A stretch of 63,659 nucleotides of DNA, filler included, from Octopus bimaculoides (taxonomy: Eukaryota), in NCBI RefSeq assembly GCF_001194135.2. It is 6 parts of 6 records of this genome, joined end to end, with 100 filler letters (N's around TTAATTAATTAA, not from the genome) between each part and the next. Parts side by side here need not be neighbours in the genome. Positions count along the whole stretch, not along the records: positions 1 to 13,089 come from NC_068981.1; 5 more parts are not named here. One strand, written 5' to 3'. A model generated the notes under the pieces. The model saw nothing but the letters and a program-made list of their open reading frames with translations. It ran no database searches and had not been told where the DNA came from. Below are positions 1 to 12,308 of this stretch, in pieces (within the stretch, counting starts at the first letter, position 1; each line of letters opens with the position of its first letter). Position numbers and translations under genes: made by a program.

Positions 1-100
1 CATGAACTTCTAACTTGTTGTCTCTTGAGGTCTCTGGGTGAGACTTGGATCCAACTTGTACAAATGCAAAACAAAAGTCAAACATAAAATAATAATAATA
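1..100 (+). mobile_element. probable 3' UTR/tail of an R4/Dong-like non-LTR element running into (TAA)n
   Basis: Unique sequence ending ...GTCAAACATAAAAT directly followed by (AAT)n, the same tail style as the Dong-like 3' UTR at 143-207. No coding sequence is visible to confirm it. Confidence 0.35.
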
Positions 101-142
101 ATAATAATAATAACAATAATAATAATAATGATAATAATAATA

Positions 143-207
143 GTTCACTGGTAGTTTACAGCTGGCACCGTAGTACATCTCTAGCGTTAGAAGCTGTGCA
201 AAGGCAA
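143..207 (+). mobile_element. 5'-truncated R4/Dong-like element (3' UTR only) embedded in (TAA)n
   Basis: Closely matches the reverse complement of 40336-40405 (CACTGGTAG..ACAGCTG..GTAGTACAT..TTAGAAGCTGTGCAAAG.CAATAAA), which is the 3' UTR of the RLE-encoding element at 40336-41745. Flanked by TAA repeats on both sides. Confidence 0.75.
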
Positions 208-209
208 TA

Positions 210-272
<63 letters not shown>

Positions 273-298
273 TATTATTATTATTATTNNNNNNNNNN

Positions 299-346
<48 letters not shown>

Positions 347-347
347 G

Positions 348-403
<56 letters not shown>
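207..403. repeat. (AAT)n immediately followed by inverted (ATT)n microsatellite
   Basis: Direct reading; orientation switches at about 270/271; 10-N gap at 289-298. Confidence 0.95.
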
Positions 404-404
<1 letters not shown>

Positions 405-1084
405 ACAACAACAACAATAAAAATGAGTTTTTTCTTGCTTATAATAATAATTTCTTTTATTCATAACGATGATTCATTTCAAATAATGTCTTCTTTTAAA
501 ATACTGATAATCTGTTTCTTTAGTTCTTTGTGATTCAATGCACACGAAACTGCATGTGATTATACAGTAAAAACAAGCAAACAAGTACGAGAATGATAAA
601 TAATGATAATGACTTCTAATTTAAGCACAATACCATTAAGAAGACAAAACTGAAGCAGTCATAGTCTGATAGTTTAATTCATTGGTCTCGGAAGGATAAA
701 AGGCAAAGCTGATCTCGGTGAAATTCCAACACAGAACATGAAACACAAATCTGCAAATTCTGCGATCATAGAATGTTGAGATTTTCTGCAAGTGGCGTGG
801 CTACTGCAGCGAGTTTCGCTGGCCATTTTCCACGGCAATGCCACTGGAGTCATTGGTGCGGGGCGCGGCTGAGCACCCCTCTTGTTTTGGGATATGTGAC
901 CCATCGCCGCTCTCTCTTCCGCTGTTTTCCCCCTCCCGTTTATTCTCCATTTTCTCTTTTCTATGTCCATCTTTTTAGAGTGGATATTAGTAAATAAAGT
1001 TTTTGTACGGTGAGAAGTATGTCTAGGAAATAAAGGGAAACTAATACAAAAACTAATACAAGTAGCTATATGAAAATAAATATA

Positions 1085-2013
1085 CAGGGTGCGATGGGTA
1101 AATTATCGTCAATTTATATTTTTAATTTCACACATGCGTATTGTTTATTTTTGATTTTGTCGACTATACAACATAGTAGGGTCAGCTGGACACCGTCTGT
1201 GAGAAAAACAGCACCATGACGCAATACGCACCATTACGCAATTCACTCTGCCAGAAATTTGGAAATGATATGCTTGGCATTCCCGCCAGAATCTCCAATA
1301 CGAACATTTCAGAGTGTTTGGGTGTTAACTTGAGGACAGTGTAGATAATTTGGAAAGTGTTGGCTGAGTCTAATGGTGATTACGAAGGTACGGCAGCACA
1401 GAAAACTCACGCTGTTCGTTCTAATAAGAAAAGAACTCCTGAATTTGTTGGTGAGATCCAGGTCATGATTGACAACGATCCCTCCAAATCAATCAGGTGC
1501 ATCACCAGGAACATGGGAATGTCTGAGTTTCTTATCAGGCGGATAGTGCATGAAGACATTCGGTATTCCTCATACAAGATTTAAAAAGGGCCAGTTTTTT
1601 ATCCCAAGCCACCAAGGACAAGAGGAAAGACCGCGCTACGAAACTTTTGAACAAACTCAAGCATCCCCTCCAACTGAACATGCTTTCGATTTTCCTCAGA
1701 CGCGAAAAATTTCTGCCAGGATCAGAAGGTGAACACACAGAACAGCTGTTGGCTTACTGTATCCCCGAAACATGTACCGAGAGTGATAAAAATCAAACAT
1801 CCAGTCAACATCATGGTGTTTGGCGTGATCACTAGTGATGGCGACGTTATGCCTCCATTCATCTTCTACACAGGAGATTCCGAAGTCGCCTGGAGGCCGT
1901 GGTTTTATTGAATAAATTTACTCTTTAGTATTTCATATGTAATTTTGATAAACATATCTGGTAAAATGAGATGTCAGTGTTATTTTCATTAACTTAGACG
2001 ACAATTTATTCAC
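1085..2013 (+). mobile_element. decayed, internally deleted Tc1/mariner transposon, DD37D (maT)-like
   Basis: TA|CAGGGTGCGATGGGTAAA terminus; broken transposase frames (KIKHPVNIMVFGVITSDGDVMPPFIF); partial right TIR near 1990-2013; homologous to 12309-13089. Confidence 0.8.
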
Positions 2014-3268
2014 CTTTTCATGGTATGGTGGGACAGAAGACTTAAAGAACGCCTGACACAGAACTTCATACTCATGAACATGTACTCTCGCTATGTCGAT
2101 GATATCAACGTAGTGGTAAAGGCACCTCCACAAGAGAGTACTCTTGAAAAAGAAATAGAAACTAATACTATGGAGAGCATCCAGCAAATAGCTAACTCCA
2201 TACACCAGAGTAATAAGGTCACGATAAACTACCCTACGAAATACCCATAGACTATCAGTACTAGATACAGAACTCTGGCTGGAAACTGTGAATAATAAAA
2301 CCCGAATCCTTCATTCACACTATGCCAAACCTATGGCCTCCAAATACCTGATCTACCGGAACTCAGCTATCGCGGACAATGCCAAATTCAATATATTGAT
2401 GGCAGACCTCGTCAGAGTAATGAGAAATGTGTCTCGCATGTGCGACCTTACAGAGTTAAAGAGACACATACAACATTTCGTTCACCACATGCAGTTCTCA
2501 GGATACAGCTATAGAGAAAGGATCAGAGTATACAAAGGAGCCATGAGGAAATTTGAAACTATCATACGTAACGATAGGAATGGGATTTGCCCACTCTATA
2601 GGAGCAAATCATGGAACACCATTGAAAGGACTAAGAAGAAAATGGGGAAGGCCAACTCATGGTATGATAGCCACAAATACCAGAGTGTCATGTTCGTCGA
2701 CACTGCCCCTAGAGGCGAACTTTACCGCTTTAGAAGGGCCCTAGACAAACTTAAGCTAAGAATTAAAGTTGTAGAAAGGCCAGGCAACCCTATCAAATCC
2801 CTAATCGGTAGAACCTACCCTTTTAGTAGAACCCCCTGTACTGATAGTAACTGTACTGTATGTAGATTTAGCCCACAAACAAACTGTAAAGCCAGGAATG
2901 CAGTCTATAGTATAAGATGTACAGAGGGACGGTGCAGTAACAAGACAACGACGTACGTAGGGGAAACAGCATGGAGCATAGGAGAGCGGGTAAATGTGCA
3001 TTGGAGAGAACTTAAGGAAGGGAAGAGCTCATCGGTTCTGTACCAGCACGCCGAGCAGGATCACGGGGGCTCGCTCAACAATATGGAAGTTAAAATCTTG
3101 TCCACACATAGAACAGACGCAACGCTTAGACAAATTACACACATAATAGAAGATAAACCTAGCCTGAATAGGAAACTGGAATGGAACACTAGCACACACC
3201 CCCAACACACCACAACCTATGACAGAATAAGATCCCCAAAAACTGATAACAATATAAATATAATATAA
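2014..3268 (+). mobile_element. 5'-truncated Penelope-like retroelement (RT C-terminus, thumb, Cys-rich linker, GIY-YIG endonuclease), probably Naiad-like; frameshifted
   Basis: RYVDD RT motif (2020-2250). Frameshift near 2247 relative to the copy at 13190-13575. ORF 2288-3268 has KPMA..SA, PLYR..W, CxxxxCxxC linker and AVYSIRC..C....YVGET..SIGER..VH GIY-YIG signature. Clade assignment is from memory of the motifs. Confidence 0.88.
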
Positions 3269-3586
3269 TACAATACACAGATAAACAAATGGAATTAAAT
3301 AACTATATACATTAACAAAATAAATTGAATTAAACACAAAAAAAGAAATAATAGAAAAAATAAGTAGGTATAATACATGAACAAAATAAATAAAAACAAA
3401 TTAAACGAACGTGTATAAACAGGGGATACTGATAATACAGGCACATCACCCCCCACACAAACACTTACTAATCATAGACACACAGAGGGGTATACGCATG
3501 CGCAAGTAAAGACTTATACGACAGGAATACAAAATGGCTAATCGTTAGAAAGGAAAGACACACACAAAAAAGAAAGAAGCAAAGAA

Positions 3587-3626
3587 CCACTGATGTGATC
3601 ACAAAAGTGTGACGAAAGAACTCTAG
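3587..3626 (+). ncRNA. degenerate hammerhead-like motif downstream of the Penelope-like ORF
   Basis: CCA-CTGATGT-G(A)TCAC..GTGAC-GAAA-GAACTC-TAG: core A9 replaced by T, stems I and III imperfect. Confidence 0.25.
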
Positions 3627-3862
3627 CTGAAATACGATTAATATAAAATAAAGCTGAAGCAAATGAACACCAAATATATAGTGCGTGTGTTTTTATTGGC
3701 AACATGACCATCCCGAAATACAACAATATCTGTTTCAACATAGAACTTATTCTTTGTAAACCTAGTACTTATTCTATCGTTCCCTTTTGCTGAAATGCTA
3801 AGTTACTGGGAGGTAAACATACCAGCATCGGGTGTCGAACGATGGTGGGAGGTCGAACACAA

Positions 3863-3923
<61 letters not shown>

Positions 3924-4278
3924 NNNNNNNNNNNNNNNNNNNNNNNNNNNNNNNNNNNNNNNNNNNNNNNNNNNNNNNNNNNNNNNNNNNNNNNNNNNNN
4001 NNNNNNNNNNNNNNNNNNNNNNNNNNNNNNNNNNNNNNNNNNNNNNNNNNNNNNNNNNNNNNNNNNNNNNNNNNNNNNNNNNNNNNNNNNNNNNNNNNNN
4101 NNNNNNNNNNNNNNNNNNNNNNNNNNNNNNNNNNNNNNNNNNNNNNNNNNNNNNNNNNNNNNNNNNNNNNNNNNNNNNNNNNNNNNNNNNNNNNNNNNNN
4201 NNNNNNNNNNNNNNNNNNNNNNNNNNNNNNNNNNNNNNNNNNNNNNNNNNNNNNNNNNNNNNNNNNNNNNNNNNNNNN

Positions 4279-4309
<31 letters not shown>

Positions 4310-4682
4310 AAACTGCGCAGAAAATACCTCCTCAGATATAAAGACGCGGTATTTCCAAATCCGGTATAAAGTCACACTTTCATGGCTTAAGATTTGAGAA
4401 AAGCATATGACTATTGGGTAGGATCAACCAGGTATCATCGCCGCAATCTTTCTGGCTGCCTAGTCATGCCATATATATAAAGGAATAATAACTTTGGTCA
4501 TGCTGGGGTACCGCTTTCGAACAAATCGCTTCCAGGACTTTTTATTTAATCCTGATACTTGTTCTATCTGTCTCTTTTGATAACCACTAAGTTACTGGGA
4601 CGTAAACACATCAACGCGCGCGCGCACACGCACACACACACACACACACACATACACATACACATACACACACACATATATA

Positions 4683-4858
4683 GGCGCGTGAGTGTGTAGT
4701 AAGAAGCTAGCTTCTCAACCACATGGTTCCGGGTTCAGTCGCACTTCGTGGCATATAGGGCAAGTGTCTTCTACTATACCCTCGAGCTGACCAAAACTTT
4801 GTCAGTGGATTTGGTAGACGGAAACTGAAAGAAGCCTGTAGTAAATGTGTGTGTGTGT

Positions 4859-4902
<44 letters not shown>

Positions 4903-5125
4903 TTGTGTGTGTATATGTGTGTCTTTGTGTCTGTGACCCCCATCACAGCTCGACAACCGGTGTTGGTATATTTACGTATCTGTAACTTAGAAATTCGGCA
5001 CAAGCAACAGATAGAATAAGTACCAGGCTTTAAAAGATGAGCACTGGGTTCTATTTGTTCAACTAAAACCCTTCAAGGTGGTGCTCCAGCATGTCCGCAG
5101 TCAAAAATGACTGAAATAACTAAAA
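4683..5125 (+). mobile_element. tRNA-derived SINE family A (head, central (TG)n, conserved tail ...GGTGCTCCAGCATGGCC.CAGTC.AATGACTGAAAC)
   Basis: tRNA-like head with GGTTCAGTC B-box-like motif. Many homologues, e.g. 9791-9925(-), 11325-11480(-), 30075-30210(-), 30645-30830(-), 34855-35050(+), 36772-37220(+), 38815-38950(-), 41775-42080(-), 46215-46380(-), 49630-49985(-), 50110-50280(+), 57965-58125(-), 58171-58547(+), 60550-60720(+). Confidence 0.9.
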
Positions 5126-5348
5126 CATAATAGACAAAAGTTTCCGTCTACCAAATCCACTCACAAGGTTTCGCTTAACTCAAGGCTTGGGTTTCTTAAG
5201 TACCGTACAGCCTGTTGACACAAGCAAGCGAGTATGCTTTGATAACACGTAACATACTCTCTGATCTGAAACTCTTTTAGCAAAGACGTCGTGAAGAGTC
5301 CTCGTCCTAAAATTGTTTCTGACCAATTATCACTCATTCTCCACTAAC

Positions 5349-5454
5349 CTTCTTTAAAACGCGAGCATTTAGTACATAAATATGCCATTCCTGTAACTCG
5401 GTTCGAATGTGATTCCTCGCAATACCTCTGTCTTCCACAGTCGATGCAGCAGCG
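5349..5454 (-). CDS. candidate orphan exon (106 nt), open in two frames
   Basis: Acceptor TTTCTTGTGTATATTTCAG and donor GAAG|GTTAGT. Frames read AAASTVEDRGIARNHIRTELQEWHIYVLNARVLKK or RCCIDCGRQRYCEESHSNRVTGMAYLCTKCSRFKE. No homology recognised. Confidence 0.25.
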
Positions 5455-5469
5455 CTGAAATATACACAA

Positions 5470-5542
5470 GAAATCCGATGACGCATAGTTGGCAAGCAGA
5501 GTGTGAGCGATGCGAAACTTGCCGATAGAGGCAAGACATTTC
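5470..5542 (+). ncRNA. variant or fossil type I hammerhead ribozyme fold
   Basis: Stem I GAAAT/ATTTC; core CCGATGA (U4C) plus C; stem II GCAT/ATGC; GAAA; stem III CTTGCC/GGCAAG. The triplet is GAC instead of GUC. Confidence 0.45.
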
Positions 5543-5592
5543 GGCAGTAAAAGGACGAAAATAACAACACACACACACACATACACACAGAT

Positions 5593-5651
<59 letters not shown>

Positions 5652-6399
5652 NNNNNNNNNNNNNNNNNNNNNNNNNNNNNNNNNNNNNNNNNNNNNNNNN
5701 NNNNNNNNNNNNNNNNNNNNNNNNNNNNNNNNNNNNNNNNNNNNNNNNNNNNNNNNNNNNNNNNNNNNNNNNNNNNNNNNNNNNNNNNNNNNNNNNNNNN
5801 NNNNNNNNNNNNNNNNNNNNNNNNNNNNNNNNNNNNNNNNNNNNNNNNNNNNNNNNNNNNNNNNNNNNNNNNNNNNNNNNNNNNNNNNNNNNNNNNNNNN
5901 NNNNNNNNNNNNNNNNNNNNNNNNNNNNNNNNNNNNNNNNNNNNNNNNNNNNNNNNNNNNNNNNNNNNNNNNNNNNNNNNNNNNNNNNNNNNNNNNNNNN
6001 NNNNNNNNNNNNNNNNNNNNNNNNNNNNNNNNNNNNNNNNNNNNNNNNNNNNNNNNNNNNNNNNNNNNNNNNNNNNNNNNNNNNNNNNNNNNNNNNNNNN
6101 NNNNNNNNNNNNNNNNNNNNNNNNNNNNNNNNNNNNNNNNNNNNNNNNNNNNNNNNNNNNNNNNNNNNNNNNNNNNNNNNNNNNNNNNNNNNNNNNNNNN
6201 NNNNNNNNNNNNNNNNNNNNNNNNNNNNNNNNNNNNNNNNNNNNNNNNNNNNNNNNNNNNNNNNNNNNNNNNNNNNNNNNNNNNNNNNNNNNNNNNNNNN
6301 NNNNNNNNNNNNNNNNNNNNATATAAAACATGCTGAAAATAACATGGAGTAGTAAAAGGTGAAATACCAAAAACAATAAATAACAATAAAAATAAAATG

Positions 6400-7210
6400 T
6401 CAACAGAAAATTAGGTGGAAGAATCCTTGAGTGTAACTCAGGGAAAACTCCGACGCAAAGCCTCGGCTTATTCTGCCACAGTAAAAACCTCAAATATGAC
6501 TTCCGCTTCTTTCTGGCCCGTTGTTTACTGTCGAATAACCGTGGGAAGGGGACATTCAGCCCTATCAATCTTACAGCTGCCACTCATCTTTCGTAAAGCA
6601 TGCTAGGATAGCAACTCACACTCCATCCTCTACTACTTCTTGAATTGGTACTTAAACATTGACGAAAGTTTAACTAGACAGGGAAAATCCTTGTCTTCAG
6701 ACCATTTAACTGTATCTTCCACATAACTTCATTCACCACAGCCACTAGACAGAGGGAAACTAGCCTCCCTTCTTTGCCAAAGGAAGAAAATAGTTCCCAA
6801 AGGAACCGAATTCGTCCTAGTAGTTGCTAACTAACCGGCAATTCGTGGATACTAAACGAATAAGTGTAGCACAATTTCCTCACACTATCCATACTTTGAA
6901 CAAGTTCGTCTGATGGAGGTACGAGTAGAGCTTGTCTCTAACATATAATTCCCCCTATAGGACTGCCAGACTAATGCGTTTTGGAAATTGTCAATCTCCT
7001 ACCCGAAATTCATCAAAAGGAGATTGATCTGACGAGCTTCATCAACGCTCAAAATTATACTTAAGCCACTGTTGTTCACATAAACCACGAACCACTTATA
7101 TAATTCAGTGGTTGATTCTGACTGTATTGCTGCTACGAGTGATCACGGGACTATAGTCCGAATTCCAAACGCCCAACATTGGTCTATGCTTAACCCAGAA
7201 CTATGACTTG
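6400..7210 (-). mobile_element. decayed Tx1/L1-clade LINE ORF2 C-terminal fragment
   Basis: Stop-interrupted minus frames ..SLCLVAVVNEVMWKIQLNGLKTRIF..FKYQFKK..ERWVAAVRLIGLN resemble Tx1-type C-termini. Confidence 0.5.
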
Positions 7211-7471
7211 GTCACAGAAACAAGCTGCGGAAAAACATATCAAATAAAGGCGCCTCTATCTGTTTCCTATCGACGTTGCCGTTGTCGTCGCAATGATTCA
7301 CTAATTTTAGCAGGATGCATCAGCTTCAGTGTGTTACTGCATCATCAGAAGCAGAATCTCAAGGCCTTATTAACTAGTTGCTACAAACATATTTCTTCCT
7401 GGTCACCAGAAAATGTCCTTTTCACAAGAAGCATACATTTCAAATTGGTTAGATGTTTCCTCTGTGTGTGC

Positions 7472-7528
<57 letters not shown>

Positions 7529-9307
7529 CGCATTTGTGAATGCATATTTACTCGTCTTTTATTTAAAGTATGACAAGAAATTAGTCTTACTTTTATCAAC
7601 ACACCTCTGTTCTCTATAGCCTAGTGCTTTATATTCAAGGTAGATGTTTTTATTTCTGTATGCGTATTTATTGTACACTCAAGATAGATGTGTTTCATTA
7701 TATTTATTGTACATGTTATCATTACTAACGTTCTGGATTCTATTTACAATCGACTGTTGGTGGCATGATAAATACATGAAATTCCTTCAGTCAATTACAA
7801 GAGTATAACCAATATTCAATGCAGTACAGCATATCAATTTATCACACCAATTGTGTAATATTCGTCATGCTAATATCACACAGTTAGCAATTAAAAGTAG
7901 ATTGACAAAATCTCCAAGCAAAGTGCCTTGTTATTGTAGTTTGTGATAGCATTTCACATTCTGAATTCAAATCCTTTCAAGGTAAACCTTGATTTTATTC
8001 TTAAAGGTTCAGAAAAAGTCAATTATTAAAGTCAATCTAACCAACTGTATCCATTTAAAATCCAACTGAAAATCTGTGACCTTGTACGAAATTTAGAAAT
8101 CAGTGTGGTTGCATACTTCCAGGTCAGTCTTGACTAGATGTATTCCAACCGTGACTATCACATTTAATTTCATATCTACCAGGAAGTCAGAAGGTGAAAC
8201 AAATAAAAAATATTTTGCTTTCTAACTTCCTCTAACTCGTAGGTTGACACTCTTAAANNNNNNNNNNNNNNNNNNNNNNNNNNNNNNNNNNNNNNNNNNN
8301 NNNNNNNNNNNNNNNNNNNNNNNNNNNNNNNNNNNNNNNNNNNNNNNNNNNNNNNNNNNNNNNNNNNNNNNNNNNNNNNNNNNNNNNNNNNNNNNNNNNN
8401 NNNNNNNNNNNNNNNNNNNNNNNNNNNNNNNNNNNNNNNNNNNNNNNNNNNNNNNNNNNNNNNNNNNNNNNNNNNNNNNNNNNNNNNNNNNNNNNNNNNN
8501 NNNNNNNNNNNNNNNNNNNNNNNNNNNNNNNNNNNNNNNNNNNNNNNNNNNNNNNNNNNNNNNNNNNNNNNNNNNNNNNNNNNNNNNNNNNNNNNNNNAT
8601 ATATATATATATACATACATCTCCCTTCTCTTCACTCCCTTTCCTTCTTACTCCCTTTCCTCCTCCCTTCTCCTCACTCCCTTTGTTTCTTTCCCTCATC
8701 GTCTCTCTTGTCCCCCTTCTCTTCTGCTTGTTGCTCACACGTGACCACAGGCCATTTTTCTTGTTTCTCCGTCTTTTCTGGATTCGACGGCCAGCCAGTC
8801 GGACTTCATTTCTTTTGCCTCGATATTTTTTTTCTTCTACTATCTATTCTATATCTTTTCAAAATTTCTCCCAAGCGTTACCCATTGCAATTTGTCTTGG
8901 CCTAACGACCCTTGATATCTGTCTTCTTCCGTTTGCCCACTCTGCTGTTGTTTGTTTGTTTGAAGCCCCAACCCTCTTGTCGTTAGAAGCACGAAACAGG
9001 GAGTAATATCACAGTCGACAACTGAGGATGGGTTAGACTTCTTTTGGTATTTTGTCCCGTACTATTCTCTCGTTGTATGTTTACTATTTTTCACTCTTTG
9101 GTGATGTCCTGTTCTTAATGTATATTTTTCTTTTATTTAATAATTGAACGCCACGCAGACCTTGTCAACAGTAAGTTCTTATATAGAATATGAAGGGATT
9201 AATTCACGAATAGGTACACTAAGTGCTATATCTGTTCGACCAAGATGACAGCTAAGGCTGGATCTAGGGATCCGTATTTAGGTTCCGTTATAGCTGGTAT
9301 CTATTAC

Positions 9308-9513
9308 ATTAGAGGAAAAACCAAAACCAAAGCAGAACGAGTATCTCAAGTCATTTATAATAATTTAATTAGGGTAAGGTGCATTTGAAATCATACAGCC
9401 CCTTGAGTTATCCCAGAAACGGGTGTAAGACTTAAAATTCACCTTACCCTAATTAAATTATCACAAATGACTGGGGATACTCGTTCTCCTTTGGTTTGGA
9501 TTTTTTCTCTAAT
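9308..9513. mobile_element. MITE / fold-back element with ~75-bp terminal inverted repeats
   Basis: 9308-9381 is near-complementary to 9440-9513 (..AGAACGAGTATC..AGTCATTT.T.ATAATTTAATTAGGGTAAGGTG); about 58-bp spacer. Confidence 0.8.
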
Positions 9514-9935
9514 ATGTATATGTATATATATTTATATATCTATATGTGTGTGCGTGTATGTATGTGTGTATGTATGTATGTATGTATGTATGTATGTATG
9601 TATGTATGTATATATATATATATATATANNNNNNNNNNNNNNNNNNNNNNNNNNNNNNNNNNNNNNNNNNNNNNNNNNNNNNNNNNNNNNNNNNNNNNNN
9701 NNNNNNNNNNNNNNNNNNNNNNNNNNNNNNNNNNNNNNNNNNNNNNNNNNNNNNNNNNNNNNNNNNNNNNNNNNNNNNNNNNNNNNNNNNTTCGTCCACC
9801 AAATCAACTCACAAGGTTTGGTCGACCCGAGGCTGTAGTAGAAGATTCTCGCTCAAAGTGTCACGCAGTGGGATTCAATCCAGAACCATATTCTTGAAAA
9901 ACATGGCCACAAAGCCACGCCTCCATGCATGCATA

Positions 9936-11195
9936 CTAGTTGCTATGAAAAAGTTCCAGGACTTATTTACCTAAGTTCTAACAATATTTCTTTCGAAATA
10001 GTCGCCTTGTGCAGCAATACACCGGTCCCAGCGTTACAGCCACCTTTGAAATCCGGCCTGGAAGTCGTTTTCCGTTAGCCAATTGAGGACCTTCGATTCG
10101 CTCTGGATCTCGACAACGGTATTAAAACGGCATCCTTTGAGCTGCCTTTTCTCTTGGAGAAAAGATGCAAAATCTGGCGAATAAGACGGGTGCCTAAGCG
10201 ATACCATGTTTTTGGCGAGAAACTCACAAGTGATGAGAGCTTAGTGAGAGGGTGCATTGTCGTTGTGAAGAATCCAGTTCTTCCCGTTCCACAGATCCGG
10301 TCGCTTTCGCCCAATGTCCTCCCTCAAACGCTTCAAAACGTCGCATTAAAACTCTTTTTTGAAGGTCGGGCCCTGGTGGACGAATTCTTGATGCGCAATA
10401 CCGCGGACATCGAGAAAACGATGAGCATGCTCTTGGTTGATTTGTGACTTTGTCATGCCTTCTTCGGTCGTGGAGATAAAGGGCTCTTCCGTTGTGATGA
10501 TCGCTGTTTCGTTTCAGGGTCGTACCTGTAGACCCAAATCTTTTCACCGGTGATGATCCTCGACATGGAGGATCATCAGCTGCACGCGGGCAGAGATCTT
10601 GACAGACTTCAATGCGATGTTCTTTCTGCTCAGTGGTGAGCAGGTGGAGGACAACCTTGACAGAGACACTGCATGTTCAATTCAGACGCTAGGATTGCCT
10701 GCACGGACCCACACGACAGATCAATATCAGTAATGTCATTGATTTCCTCCGATGATGCGCATGCACAAGCTGAGGAAGTTTTTCCACATTTCCGAGTCTG
10801 ACGCTCATGATAGGTTTTACAGATCGCTCATCGTTTTCCAGGTGCAATCTTCAGTTTTTGAAGTGTCCGTGTCACTCGAATCATTGCGTACGACTCGTTG
10901 CCACGTCACCGTAAGCTTGCCAAACATGCTCAATGTCTCCATAGCAGACTTCCCAAGTTTAAAGCAAAATTTCATGTTGGCACTTTGTTCCAAATTCCTG
11001 TCCATGACAAAGATCGCAGACTGCAGCATACACGTGATAACAAAAGCACAAATTTTACAACTTGTGAAGTAGACACAGCGATGTCACTCAACAGACTGCC
11101 GTGTGAAGTTCACTACTAGCTCTCATTGCGCACACAACCATATACTGCCATCTGCTCGCGTACAACAGAACTAGTGATGGAACTTTTAGACACAT
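9936..11195 (-). mobile_element. near full-length decayed mariner (DD34D) transposon
   Basis: EQSANMKFCFKLGKSAMETL N-terminus, IITGEKIWVYRYDPETK and LHNDNAPSH motifs in broken frames; degenerate TIRs (AAAAAGTTCC / GGAACTTTT) at both ends. Confidence 0.85.
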
Positions 11196-12308
11196 ACATA
11201 CATACATACATACATACATACATACATACATACATACATACATACATACATACATGCATACATGCATGCATACAAATATACATACATACATACATACATA
11301 CATCGTTTACCGTCTACTCGTTTCAGCCACTGGACAGCAGCCATGCTGGAGCACCGCCTCCAAGGGCTTAAGTCAAACAGATCGATCTCAGTACTTAACA
11401 TTTTTAAAGTCTATTATTTATTCTATTAGTGTCTTTTGCCGAACTGCTATGTTTTGGTGACATAAACAAACCAGCACCGCTTGACAAGCAGTGACGGGAG
11501 AGGACACATGTGTGTGTGTGTTTGTAAGTCTACGCGTATATGTATGTATGTATGTATGTATGTATCTATGTATGTATATATGTATATGTAGTGTAATTTA
11601 AATTTATGCTGCACGACAGTTAACTAGTATTTAGAACTTCCTATGTATTCTTGTACATCCGTAGAGAAACTGAGAGGCGGACACGTAAGTTAGAGTGTCC
11701 TTTATCTTTTATCCCTTATTTGTTTCGATCATTAAACTGCAGCCATGCTGGAGCAGCACTTTTGAAGAATTTTTTGTCAAATGAATAGTGACATTTCGTC
11801 TGTCTTCACATTATGAGTTCAAATTCCATCGAGGTCAACTTTGCCTTCCCGGGACGATAAAATACGTACCATTTGAACATTGTGTTCGATGTAATCGGTT
11901 TACACCTCCCCCGAACTTGCTGGCCTTGTGCCAAAATTTGAACCCAGTATTAAAGTTATATTTGAATTGTATTATTTCCCACAAGGTATTTTAGTTTTAT
12001 TGTTTCCACGACTTGCCGCCAAAAACCACAAATCCTCTTAATAATCCTCCATTTCTTTAAATGAAAGTTGTAAAACAGGCCTAGAGAAAATGTGACTATA
12101 GCAATAATATAGTCTGGAATTACTAATGTTTAACAATGTAGGTTATCTAGTAACTCGTGTTCTACTTACACCTACGTAAAATTATAGTCAACAAGTACAA
12201 CCAGTGTCGTTGTTTGATGTCAGAAGAAGGTCAAATTTGTAATTGTTATTCGTTTGAATGAATTTATTTACCGAATAAAAGATAGCTGAGTGGAAGGGGG
12301 ATAATACA

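Noticed and set aside
3795-9974. Several 130-400-aa ORFs in the supplied track
   Set aside because: They are open only because they run through N gaps and dinucleotide repeats.
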